Source of the DNA: Candidatus Fermentibacteraceae bacterium
Lineage (GTDB): Bacteria > Fermentibacterota > Fermentibacteria > Fermentibacterales > JCC-6
Direction: 5' to 3'
Length of the DNA: 64,000 nt
Assembly (NCBI GenBank): GCA_041750285.1
Contig: JBGSZS010000004.1
Location: forward strand, 224,001 to 288,000
In this document: piece after piece, positions 27,127-36,115 of the stretch
Position numbering within the stretch: position 1 is the first letter of the stretch
Layout: each line of letters starts with the position of its first letter
Translations under genes and position numbers: made by a program
The notes under the pieces: generated by a model
What the model saw: only the letters and a program-made list of their open reading frames with translations
The model's database searches: none
Told to the model about the DNA's origin: nothing

Positions 27127-28875
27127 CTAGTAGGGCCGGATGATGTGCGGGGTTACGAATATCACAAGCTCGGTGCTCTCCACGTTGTCGGACGAGTAGC
27201 TGAAGAGCAGGTCGCCCAGGAAGGGTATGTGGCCGAGAATGGGAACCCTTCTTCTCACCGTTGTGGTCTTGCTGCGCATGATGCCGCCGATGACTGCCGT
27301 GGCGCCATCGTCGATCATCAGTGTGGTGTTGGCCTCCTGTGTGAGGATTATGGGCTGGTCCGCCGAGGTGGACTCGCCGGAAAGGTCGCTCACCACGGGT
27401 CTGAGTTCGAGCGTGACATTGTTGTTGGCGTTGATGTGCGGCGTCACCTCGAGGCTCACTCCCACACTGTAGAGCTGGACGTAGGAGTTGCCCGACTCGT
27501 CCTGAAGGGTGAGGGGAACCTGCTTGCCGCTCATGACGAATCCCGTCATGTTGTCGCAGATCGCGATCCTCGGTTCGGAGAGGATGTGCGCCATGTTCTC
27601 GGATTCGAGGTAGCTGATCGTTGCGTCGAGGTCGAACATGTCGGTGATGGTTCCGAAGGCTATGCTCCCTACGGGGTCGCCAACCGAAAGGTCGGTGTTC
27701 ATGCCGGCCCTGGTGAGGTTGTCCGTACGGTTGAGGTTGCCTATGGACCAGTCGATCCCGAACTCGCGGCGGGCCGTTGCGTCGATCTCCACGAGCTTCG
27801 CCTCGATCATCACCTGGGCCGTGGGGCTGTCGAGGATGGGCAGCATGCGGCCGATCTCGTTCAGCTTCCTGGGAACGTCGGTGACGATCAGTGAGTTGGT
27901 GCGGGAATCGATGCTTATCTCACCCCTGTTCGAGAGAACGCCCTGGGTGGCTGCCTGGATGTCCTCGGCCTTCGCGTACCTTATGATGAAGACCTCGGTG
28001 TGAAGGTCCTGAAGGTTCTCCCTCTGGGCCTGGGTCGTTGCCATCTCGTTGACCTGGGAGTAGAAGTCGGTTCGTCTCGCAACCCTGAGAGTGTTGTGGC
28101 CGCTCTGCGTGGCCACCAGGTCCTGGCTGGCGAGAATGGCAGTGAGGGCGTCGCACCATCCTATGTTGCGAAGCCTCGCCGTCACGGTACCCTGATAGGT
28201 CTCGGGGATGATGATGTTCATCCCGCTCACGTCGCTGATCGAGCGCATCACGGTCCTGATGTCGGCCTCGACAACGTCAATGGTTATCCGGCGGCCGCCG
28301 GTGCCGCTCCAGGTCACCGGGAAGCCGTCCTCCACCTGTCTGCCGGATTCGGAGACCCTTACCCCGGAAACGGTGTCGCCTATCGTGGGAACGGGGGATC
28401 CACCAACAGGAGTGGAGAGCGGCGGAACGCTTCCGCCGACAACAACGGCCCCGGTTGACTGGGAAGTGGCTGACCATGAGGTGAAGGGGGTTCCCGAAGG
28501 ATCCGTAAAGAGGGTCAGCACGAGGCGGTTGTCTTCCTGAAGGCTGGTGCTGTAGTTGAGCAGTTCACCGTTCACGTCCACGATCACCCTGACGATCCCC
28601 TCGGGGGGAGCCTTGTATTGGCTCGTGCGGACTGCTCCAACACCGCCCCTGTCAACGGCGAAGTCGGTGGCCGGGAGGGCGTGGACCGCGTCCCCCAGGT
28701 CGATGACCACCCTCATCGGGTCGGTGAGGAGGAACTTCTCGTAGGTGATGGCGCCGTCGGTGACGATGGTCACCTGGGTTCTGTCACCGCTGGGAACAAC
28801 CGAGATGTCTGTCACCCTGTAGGCCATCAAAGGAACCCACAGGAGCAGAAGAAGCAAAGGGCTGATTCTTCGCAT
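27127..28875 (-). CDS. pilQ: Type IV pilus secretin with AMIN domain
   Basis: Signal peptide; AMIN (LTDPMRVVIDL); N0/N3 (ADIRTV, IRYAKA, DSRTNSLIVTD); secretin QVMIEAKLVE, LEVTPHI, VPILGHIPFLGDLF, ELVIFVTPHII. Confidence 0.92.
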   Translation of the reverse strand: MRRISPLLLLLLWVPLMAYRVTDISVVPSGDRTQVTIVTDGAITYEKFLLTDPMRVVIDLGDAVHALPATDFAVDRGGVGAVRTSQYKAPPEGIVRVIVDVNGELLNYSTSLQEDNRLVLTLFTDPSGTPFTSWSATSQSTGAVVVGGSVPPLSTPVGGSPVPTIGDTVSGVRVSESGRQVEDGFPVTWSGTGGRRITIDVVEADIRTVMRSISDVSGMNIIIPETYQGTVTARLRNIGWCDALTAILASQDLVATQSGHNTLRVARRTDFYSQVNEMATTQAQRENLQDLHTEVFIIRYAKAEDIQAATQGVLSNRGEISIDSRTNSLIVTDVPRKLNEIGRMLPILDSPTAQVMIEAKLVEIDATARREFGIDWSIGNLNRTDNLTRAGMNTDLSVGDPVGSIAFGTITDMFDLDATISYLESENMAHILSEPRIAICDNMTGFVMSGKQVPLTLQDESGNSYVQLYSVGVSLEVTPHINANNNVTLELRPVVSDLSGESTSADQPIILTQEANTTLMIDDGATAVIGGIMRSKTTTVRRRVPILGHIPFLGDLLFSYSSDNVESTELVIFVTPHIIRPY

Positions 28876-30260
28876 CAGATACCACCTTCTTCATGCAGCC
28901 GCATCGAGTAGATGGTTGGAATGGAGGTTGTGGATCCATCCTGCATCGCCGATCCGACTGTTACTTCCTGTACCACTATGACCTCATTGCTTGTAATCTC
29001 TGCAATGTGGGTGTTGTTCGCCAGAACGGTGCCCTCCTGGAGAATGTACGCGACCCCGTTGGCATCTTCCACCATTGCCTGATCCCCACCCGACGGATCA
29101 AGTGTGATCCCGACCAGATGAAGTTCCTCTATGCTCAGATCGGCGAGGGGCCGTCTGAGATCCCGTCTGGCGGCCGGGAACTCGGTGAAGGGGTCCGGCC
29201 TGCTGGAGACTGATTCGTAGATCCGGAAAACGCCGCTCACCGCCACGCCCGATGCGGCAACACCGGTTGCCCCTGATGGCGGCTGACCGGCGCTCTGCCC
29301 CGCAAGGCTGAGTTCGATCCGGGCAAGGTCGTAATCGGGAAGACGGGTTTCCACCTGGTCAAGCCCGGACCACACGGACAACCCCTGATCGGTCAGAAGC
29401 CAGACCGGGGATGAGCCGCAGGCGCAGATCTGCCTGGGGTTTTCCGAAGAGTGGTCAGCGAGCGCCGCGCCTCCGGAAAGCGAACGTATGCCTGACTCGC
29501 TCATTACGAGTGCGGACTGGTGAAGGCTGCCGGGCCCGTGGGAAGCCCACTCGCCGGGAGCGGTCCTGAGGTAGACCACTGAGCCGTCTCCGGCGTACAT
29601 GTCCCGCCCGTCATTCGCGAGAACCGTCACACCGTCGGGAAGGTCTTCTGTGCGGTACAGCCCGACCCTCGAGTCAAGAAGGGCCAGAGTGCCGTCGGTG
29701 TTTATCCAGGCCCAGTCCTGGTCAGCACGGATGAGCCCTCCGAGCGGAGGAACGTTTCCCGTCGCGAAACTCTGGAGCGAATCGGTATGGGGGTTGAGCA
29801 GGACCGATCCGTCCTGGAAGAGAACCAGAAGGTCGCCTTCCGACGAAGCGATATCGATGGAAGGCACCGTCTTCTGGAAGGGGAAGACCTCCGCCTGACC
29901 CCCGGACACCAGGATGGCTTCCCCCGGTGTGAGAAGGACGGGCTCGCCCTCGAGCAGGGCGAGATCGAAGGCCTCTTCCGCTCCCTCGATCCAGGAGGGG
30001 TTCCACACTCCCGTTTCCCGGGACCATGAAAGGAGCAGACCGGAGGCGCCCAGCAGATGCGCGCCGTTCTCATCGGCCTGCATCGCCGTGACCGGACCCG
30101 GTGTGTCAACCGACAGCCATCCCGCAACCGCTTCCGGCTGCACGACGGTAACCGTGCCCCCCTGCGAGCCGGTTGTCTCCTCCCCGTCTCCGGGGCCGCA
30201 TGCCGGCACGAGAAGAAGGAGGGCGACCGCGGCTGCAGGAACTTTAACGGTCTTCAGCAT
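28875..30260 (-). CDS. PilP-like lipoprotein with large N-terminal extra domain
   Basis: Lipobox LVPAC; C-terminal ~120 aa YE..SRPDPF...LHLVGI...AMVED.NG.AYIL.EG typical of PilP; located between pilO and pilQ. Confidence 0.7.
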   Translation of the reverse strand: MLKTVKVPAAAVALLLLVPACGPGDGEETTGSQGGTVTVVQPEAVAGWLSVDTPGPVTAMQADENGAHLLGASGLLLSWSRETGVWNPSWIEGAEEAFDLALLEGEPVLLTPGEAILVSGGQAEVFPFQKTVPSIDIASSEGDLLVLFQDGSVLLNPHTDSLQSFATGNVPPLGGLIRADQDWAWINTDGTLALLDSRVGLYRTEDLPDGVTVLANDGRDMYAGDGSVVYLRTAPGEWASHGPGSLHQSALVMSESGIRSLSGGAALADHSSENPRQICACGSSPVWLLTDQGLSVWSGLDQVETRLPDYDLARIELSLAGQSAGQPPSGATGVAASGVAVSGVFRIYESVSSRPDPFTEFPAARRDLRRPLADLSIEELHLVGITLDPSGGDQAMVEDANGVAYILQEGTVLANNTHIAEITSNEVIVVQEVTVGSAMQDGSTTSIPTIYSMRLHEEGGI

Positions 30261-30282
30261 GATTTCCTGACCTCCTTCCCGC

Positions 30283-30840
30283 TCATGGTTGCACGAAGGC
30301 CCTGAAGGTGAACGACGCCTCGATATTGTCGAACTTTCCCTCGGCTGCCTTCTGCTGGTGAATTTCGAGGTTGGTGACGGCGCTCATCAGCATCTCCTGC
30401 GTGAGCTGGTCGAGAAAGACCCCCAGCCTGTGAAAGCGCCCCGTCAACCTGACCTGCCAGTCGTAGACCAGATACTCGCCTTCCGGGACGTACTGCATGG
30501 GAGTGAGGGACAGGATCGTAAGACCGCTTCTGCCGGCCCCTCCGGTGAGCATCTCCATCACTTCCTCCTGGTCGTAGACCCTTGGAAGAAGCCTGTCGAG
30601 CGTGTTCAGCTCCTGAGTGTACATCTCTATTCTCTGCGCCATCACCGCAAGGTCCTCGGAGGTCCTGCTTCTGAGGCTCTGGTGTTCGATCCTGCGCATT
30701 TCGAGGTTCTGCTCCTCGATCGCGATCTCCTCAGTGAGGCCCTTGGCCAGGAACATGAAGTAACCCAAGACAATGGCAGCGAGAAGAAGAATACCTATGA
30801 TGAACCTCAGGACCCGCGCATCGCGAAAATCTATCGCCAT
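30283..30840 (-). CDS. pilO: Type IV pilus assembly protein PilO
   Basis: N-terminal TM, coiled coil, LLP, SGL.I.SLTP, GRFHRLGVFLDQL; position in pil operon. Confidence 0.85.
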   Translation of the reverse strand: MAIDFRDARVLRFIIGILLLAAIVLGYFMFLAKGLTEEIAIEEQNLEMRRIEHQSLRSRTSEDLAVMAQRIEMYTQELNTLDRLLPRVYDQEEVMEMLTGGAGRSGLTILSLTPMQYVPEGEYLVYDWQVRLTGRFHRLGVFLDQLTQEMLMSAVTNLEIHQQKAAEGKFDNIEASFTFRAFVQP

Positions 30841-30897
30841 GGTGAATCCTTTCCTCTTGAAACCGGGGTGTCCGTTCCCTTCATGAGATCACGTCCC

Positions 30898-31323
30898 TTA
30901 AAGGAAATCGGTGATGGCTATGTCCCAGACCACCAGAGTGTCACCCGCGGTGACAGTGAAGGGGGACTCGTCGTAGGTCCTGTAGGTGTAGCTCATGCCC
31001 AGAGCGTATGCCTTGAGGCCGCAGGTTCCCGATCCGGACATGCCGTAACCGCCTATCCCCTCCTCACCCATGGATGGGAAGAAGGGGACCTCAAGCATGA
31101 AAACCCCGTTGGCATTCGTGAGGGTGGAGACCGTGGGCATCGAAAGGCTGTCAGGGTCAACATCCAGAACGATCATCGCGCCTTCGAAGGGTACCGTCAT
31201 CGTGGAGTCTTCAAAGACCCTTCCCGTGATGTATGCCTTGGTCTCCGTGGTGCCGAAGGGATCGCAGCCGGCTGCGAGCAGAACCGCTGCGACCACGACG
31301 AAGAACAACAACTTTCTTTTCAT
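30898..31323 (-). CDS. Hypothetical lipoprotein (prealbumin/carboxypeptidase-regulatory-like fold) inside pil operon
   Basis: SD GGAGGAG; MKRK + hydrophobic stretch + LAAGC lipobox; ITGRV...P.EGA.I...TNANGVF.L pattern. Confidence 0.7.
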   Translation of the reverse strand: MKRKLLFFVVVAAVLLAAGCDPFGTTETKAYITGRVFEDSTMTVPFEGAMIVLDVDPDSLSMPTVSTLTNANGVFMLEVPFFPSMGEEGIGGYGMSGSGTCGLKAYALGMSYTYRTYDESPFTVTAGDTLVVWDIAITDFL

Positions 31324-31333
31324 GACTCCTCCG

Positions 31334-33067
31334 TCACATTCCGGCGTAGTCGCCCACCAGGGGTTCAAGGGACGACAGGTTTATTCCGACACTCATGGAA
31401 AAACGATACCTTGTTTCATTCCCGGCCCCTTCTTCGAGAGGGGCAACATCGTAGCTCTGACCGAAATCTCCGGTGAGGAAAAGTGTCTGGGTTCCGTCGG
31501 GGGTGATCTCGGAGAGCCGTCGCTGGAACTCGATCACATCGCCCCAGGACCTTGCGATGCCTGTTATCTGAAGATCGGTGCCCATCAGGGAAAGGTCGGT
31601 GAGGTAGATGTTCTTGCCCGACTCTTCAGCCAGTGCGGATTGCTGCGGATAAAGGGCCCTGCACAGGTATTCCAGAACGTAGACAGTGCTCTTCTGCTGA
31701 AGTGAGAGGCTGGCGATGGCCGCACGCTTCTGATTGACGGTCTGCTCGAGGGCGGTGACCTCCTGCTGTCTGGAGAGCTGTTCCTCCATCCTGGCGATCT
31801 CGGCGTCGACGGAAGCCACTTCAGCCCTTATGTCGTCACGCTTCTTCTGCATGCTCATGTAGTGAAGCCCAAGAAGGATGACGCACACGACCACCAGCCC
31901 CAGTGGCAGCCAGCTGATGACTGCCGCCATGGGCGAGGCATCGGCGGCTGCAGCGGAGGCCTTGGTCTTCTGTTTCTCCTCCTCGGGCAGGATGTTGATG
32001 TCCATGTCGCCGGGAACGAAGCCCCGAAGGGCCAGGCCCGTGGCCACGGAAAGCAGGGCATCGAGCGTTGACTGCTCGTCTTCCGAAACGAGCCCGGGTT
32101 CGACCTGAATGTTCCTGAAGGGGCTGAACCGTTCCACGGGCAGCCCGTGCTGCTCGGAGAGAATGGAAGCCAGATCGGGCATGAGCGAACAGCCGCCGCT
32201 GATGTACATCTTGTCGATCCTGGTGCTTTCGCCGGATGCCTGGAAGCTGATGAAGGACCGTCTGACGCTTGTCGACAGCTCCTGTATCACGCTGCTGACT
32301 GCGTTTTTGACGTCATCGAGGCTGACGCCCTCGGGGAGGTTGCCGCGAAGGACCCCTTCAGCAGTCTCGTAGTCGAACCCCAGGAACCTCTGCACCGCCT
32401 CGACGAACCGTGTTCCCCCGATGGCGAGGTCGCGGTTGAAGCTGGGGATGCCGTTCTTCGCGATTACGAGGTTGGTGTTGTCGGCGCCTATGTTCAGGAT
32501 GGTCACGCACTCGTCCTCGGACGGGTTGTAGGCGAACTGGTAGGCCCGAAGCAGGGCGAACTGCTCGAGGTCCACGCTGGCGGTGCGAAGGCCGGCGCCC
32601 TGGATGATGCCCCTGTGAAGATGGATGACCTCCTTCTTGGCCGCGACGAGAAGGACTTCCATCTGACCGGGTCCGGCCTCTTCATTGATTATCTTGAAAT
32701 CAATGCTGACCTCGTCCACCCTGAAGGGGATGTGCTGCTCGGCTTCCCAGTGGATGGCCTGACGGGCCTGGGCCTCGGTCATCTTCTCCATCGGGATTCG
32801 CCTGACGATCACGCTTCTTCCGGAAACCGCGGAGTTCACCGCCTTGGGCTTGATGCCCGCCTTGGTGACTGCGTCTCCGATCGTGGATACAAGATGGTCC
32901 CTGTTGACCACTTCGCCGTCGACAACGGTGCCGGGAGCAAGTTCCACAACCGCGTACCTGCTGAGCTTCATTGCCTTGCCGGCCCTTGTAAGCTCAACAA
33001 CCTTGACGGAGTGACTACCGATATCGAGGCCGACGGTGGTTTTTCCCGAACCTCCCAAGATCAGCAT
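31334..33067 (-). CDS. pilM: Fused type IV pilus PilM-PilN protein
   Basis: PilM actin-like VGLDIGSHSVK, EAEQHIPF, VLLVAAKK, NIGA, ISGG, GLALR continues in frame into MDINILP (PilN INLLP motif), TM helix, coiled coil and ITGIA. Confidence 0.85.
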   Translation of the reverse strand: MLILGGSGKTTVGLDIGSHSVKVVELTRAGKAMKLSRYAVVELAPGTVVDGEVVNRDHLVSTIGDAVTKAGIKPKAVNSAVSGRSVIVRRIPMEKMTEAQARQAIHWEAEQHIPFRVDEVSIDFKIINEEAGPGQMEVLLVAAKKEVIHLHRGIIQGAGLRTASVDLEQFALLRAYQFAYNPSEDECVTILNIGADNTNLVIAKNGIPSFNRDLAIGGTRFVEAVQRFLGFDYETAEGVLRGNLPEGVSLDDVKNAVSSVIQELSTSVRRSFISFQASGESTRIDKMYISGGCSLMPDLASILSEQHGLPVERFSPFRNIQVEPGLVSEDEQSTLDALLSVATGLALRGFVPGDMDINILPEEEKQKTKASAAAADASPMAAVISWLPLGLVVVCVILLGLHYMSMQKKRDDIRAEVASVDAEIARMEEQLSRQQEVTALEQTVNQKRAAIASLSLQQKSTVYVLEYLCRALYPQQSALAEESGKNIYLTDLSLMGTDLQITGIARSWGDVIEFQRRLSEITPDGTQTLFLTGDFGQSYDVAPLEEGAGNETRYRFSMSVGINLSSLEPLVGDYAGM

Positions 33068-33156
33068 CTTCTCCCTCCCGGGAACCGATCCGGACCCTGC
33101 CGGATCAATTAACGGCCGCAAGATGTTTGCGACGCATTTATCATAACTCCATCCGG

Positions 33157-33185
33157 AGTTTAGCACATGGGAAAGCCTGCGTCAA
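33157..33185 (-). promoter_or_regulatory. Sigma70-type promoter for pil operon
   Basis: TTGACG-N17-TAAACT with TGn extended -10 on - strand. Confidence 0.55.
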
Positions 33186-33223
33186 TACCCTAATTTCATA
33201 AGTATCGAATTTCATATTTTCCC

Positions 33224-33251
33224 TTGACACTCGGTCGCCATTCCGTATCTT
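33224..33251 (+). promoter_or_regulatory. Sigma70-type promoter for 33271 gene
   Basis: TTGACA-N16-TATCTT, followed by SD GGGAGG. Confidence 0.5.
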
Positions 33252-33270
33252 TCCCGCATGGGAGGCTGAA

Positions 33271-33588
33271 ATGGCAAACGAGAACGGCAACGGAAACGGC
33301 CCTGTTGTGAGGTTCAACGACATCGAGGTCCACAGCGAACCTTCGGTGAGGCTCACGGTTCCCGTCAGACCAGACCAGGAAGAGGTTCTGTCCAGAATGG
33401 TCCGCACCATTTCCCAGACCCGTTCCCGGCAGAACCGAAGTCAGCGGATCACAAAGGCAACATTGATGAGGGCTTACATCGACGCCCTGTCATCCCTGGC
33501 GATCGACCTCGAGGAGATTCCAGACGAAGCCACCCTGCTCGACAGGCTTCTTGAAGCTATGCATCAACGACCTCGGGCCATTACCTGA
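33271..33588 (+). CDS. Small hypothetical protein, possible ribbon-helix-helix DNA-binding protein
   Basis: SD GGGAGG; beta-strand VRLTVPV followed by helices (RPDQEEVLSRM; RITKATLMRAYIDAL). Confidence 0.6.
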   Translation: MANENGNGNGPVVRFNDIEVHSEPSVRLTVPVRPDQEEVLSRMVRTISQTRSRQNRSQRITKATLMRAYIDALSSLAIDLEEIPDEATLLDRLLEAMHQRPRAIT

Positions 33589-33628
33589 CAAGACACATCA
33601 CAGAATTCCCGCAAATAGTTGCACATCC

Positions 33629-34894
33629 TTACACAACTGTTCCGTCGGGTATGACGGCGCCCTTCGGTATCACAATGATCCCGTCCCTGATGAACCAGGA
33701 ATCGCCGTCGGCCTCTTCCAGACCCGCTTCGTTCACCAGCCTCACGTTCAGACCGATCCTTGCGTTCTTGTCGATGATTGCTCTGCGGATAACCGATCCT
33801 TCGCCAACTCCCATGGGCGGAAGGGATGGGTCGACCGTCGCGGGGTCCTGAGGGTGGCCGCGCCAGAAGTCAGCCCCCATCAGTACAGTGTCCTCCAGTA
33901 TGCACCCCTTGCCCAGATAGCTTCTTATCCCCACCACCGAGTTCCTCACGTCGGCGCCGTTGAGGTCTGAGGCGTCGCAGACTATGGCATTGTTGAGGGT
34001 GCAGTTCCGCAGGCGGGCGCCCGGCAGCGCCCTTGCCCTGGTGTAGAGGGGCGAGAACTGGCTGTACATGTCGAAGGCCGGATCGGGCATCGCAAGGTCG
34101 ATGTTCGCCTTGAAGAAGCTCTTGATGGTCCCGATGTCGGACCAGTAGCCCCTGAAAGGGAAAGATGTCATGCGGTAGCGGCCCAGTGCGCAGGGAATGA
34201 TCTCCTTCCCGAAATCGTCGTGCTCCGGGTTCTGGGTGAGAAGGTCGTTCAGTACCTTCGGCTTGAAAAGGTAGATGCCCATGCTGCCCAGAAAGGGCTG
34301 GTCATCGGGCACCCACTCCGATGAGCTTTCGAGGCCCGAAAGCCTTTCCGGGGATGGTTTTTCGTGAAAGCCCATGATCTCTCCGCGTGAGTCGACCTGT
34401 ATTATGCCGAGCCCCGACGCTTCATCACGGGACACGGGCTTGGAGGCGATGCAGATGTCGGAGGAGGTTTCGGTGAAGTGGGCTATGAAATCCAGGAAAT
34501 TCATCCTGTAGAGCTGGTCGCCGGAAAGGATCAGGACCAGGTCGGGCTGCAGCGACTGTATGTGTATCATGCTCTTGCGAACCGCGTCGGCGGTTCCCTG
34601 GAACCACGAAGCGCTCTCGTAGGTCTGTTCCGCAGCAAGGATGGACACGAAACCGTTGGTGAACCTGTCGAACCTGTAGGTCTGGGCGATGTGCCTGTTG
34701 AGGCTTTCGCTGTTGTACTGGCTCAGGACCAGTATCTGCCTTATCCCGTCGTTGACGCAGTTGGATATGGGTATGTCTATGAGCCTGTACTTCCCGCCGA
34801 TCGGAACGGCGGGCTTGCATCGAAGCTTGGTCAGGGGGAACAGCCTTGTTCCCCGGCCACCACCCAGGATCACTGCAACCACATTCCTCATCAC
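33629..34894 (-). CDS. glgC: Glucose-1-phosphate adenylyltransferase
   Basis: ILGGGRGTRLFPLT, KPAVPIGGKYRLIDIPISN, WFQGTADAVR, LSGDQLYRM, EKP, SMGIY, DFGKEIIP, YWSDIGT. Confidence 0.95.
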   Translation of the reverse strand: MMRNVVAVILGGGRGTRLFPLTKLRCKPAVPIGGKYRLIDIPISNCVNDGIRQILVLSQYNSESLNRHIAQTYRFDRFTNGFVSILAAEQTYESASWFQGTADAVRKSMIHIQSLQPDLVLILSGDQLYRMNFLDFIAHFTETSSDICIASKPVSRDEASGLGIIQVDSRGEIMGFHEKPSPERLSGLESSSEWVPDDQPFLGSMGIYLFKPKVLNDLLTQNPEHDDFGKEIIPCALGRYRMTSFPFRGYWSDIGTIKSFFKANIDLAMPDPAFDMYSQFSPLYTRARALPGARLRNCTLNNAIVCDASDLNGADVRNSVVGIRSYLGKGCILEDTVLMGADFWRGHPQDPATVDPSLPPMGVGEGSVIRRAIIDKNARIGLNVRLVNEAGLEEADGDSWFIRDGIIVIPKGAVIPDGTVV

Positions 34895-35048
34895 GGTTCC
34901 CCCTCAGGTTTCGAGCCGCATCCACGATTATTTCCCAAACACCGCGGAAGTCAACCCGAAAAAATACACCGGCCTTGAAGGATCGCCCGGGATACCTTGA
35001 CAATGTTCAATACCAGCTTATGTATTGTTAAGGATTGGAGGTGCAAAT

Positions 35049-35396
35049 ATGGATATTGGTGAAGTCAGGTGCCCATCCTGCAAAAAGCTCATGACCCCTG
35101 TGAAACTTACCTGCGCCGAGTGTGCCATTTCATTGGCGGGATCCTTCACGGCCTCTCCCCTTGCACAGCTTCCGCCGGAAGACCAGGCGATAGCCATGGC
35201 CTTCATCCGAAGCTACGGGTCGATCAAGCAACTGCAGGACATACTGGGAGTAAGCTACCCCACAGCAAGGGCCAGACTGGACAGGCTGGTCAATTCACTG
35301 AACAGGACGATGGAGGCCGATGTCAATCCGGATCAGACACTGAACAGACTGGCAAAGGGCGAGATTTCGTTCGACGAAGCCCTGAGGTCGCTGTGA
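35049..35396 (+). CDS. DUF2089 family protein (zinc ribbon + HTH + SHOCT-like)
   Basis: CPSC...CAEC; FIRSYGSIKQLQDILGVSYPTARARLD; LAKGEISFDEAL; SD GGAGGT. Confidence 0.85.
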   Translation: MDIGEVRCPSCKKLMTPVKLTCAECAISLAGSFTASPLAQLPPEDQAIAMAFIRSYGSIKQLQDILGVSYPTARARLDRLVNSLNRTMEADVNPDQTLNRLAKGEISFDEALRSL

Positions 35397-35659
35397 TGCC
35401 CGCCATGTTCCTGATGATGAGATTCGGCAGAATGCCGTTCTCCGTCCCCCTGCCATGGTTCCTTCTATGGGCCCTGCTGCTGCCTTTCGCGCTCCTTGCG
35501 CAATTGGCGGGCTGGATGACCCTGGCACTCGGCATAAAGGCTCACGCCGCCCGGGTGCTGCAAGTATCCATGGCCGCATGGAGCATTCTTCCGGGCTTGC
35601 ACGGGCTCGGAATATCCGTGCGGTCGAAGAGTGAAAATCTGCAGTTCAGGTTCGTTTAG
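35396..35659 (+). CDS. Small membrane protein in DUF2089 operon
   Basis: TGATG coupling to upstream stop; hydrophobic PLPWFLLWALLLPF... Confidence 0.6.
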   Translation: MPAMFLMMRFGRMPFSVPLPWFLLWALLLPFALLAQLAGWMTLALGIKAHAARVLQVSMAAWSILPGLHGLGISVRSKSENLQFRFV

Positions 35660-35683
35660 GTTTGTAGAAAGGGAGGATTTGCC

Positions 35684-36103
35684 ATGAACGAAGCGAGAAT
35701 GAAGATCCTCGAGATGCTCAGCAAGGGCAAGATCTCGGTCGAAGAGGCTTCAGCACTTCTCGAGAAGGTTATAGTACGCGAGCAGGCGCCCGAGGCCGAA
35801 CCCGCCGGTGAAACGAACGGAAGCGCTCCGGTCAGAAAGGGAGTGCCCAAGTACCTCAGGGTGGTGGTGGACAGCGCCGATGGCGACAAGGTCAACGTCA
35901 GGGTTCCCATGAGCCTGATCCGCACGGGCCTGAAGCTCAGCTCGCTCATGCCGGCTGATGCCGCCGAGGCCGTTCTGGAAAAGGGCATCGACCTTTCGGC
36001 CCTGAAGAACCTTGACGGCGAAGAACTGGTGGAGGCTCTCCGTGAACTCTCCGTCGACGTGGACAGCGCGGACGGAGACAAGGTAAGGGTCTTCACGGAA
36101 TAG
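35684..36103 (+). CDS. SHOCT-like/YvlB-LiaX N-terminal-type protein
   Basis: RMKILEMLSKGKISVEEASALL; internal repeat VDSADGDKV twice; SD GGAGG. Confidence 0.75.
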   Translation: MNEARMKILEMLSKGKISVEEASALLEKVIVREQAPEAEPAGETNGSAPVRKGVPKYLRVVVDSADGDKVNVRVPMSLIRTGLKLSSLMPADAAEAVLEKGIDLSALKNLDGEELVEALRELSVDVDSADGDKVRVFTE

Positions 36104-36115
36104 AACGGGGTCGGG

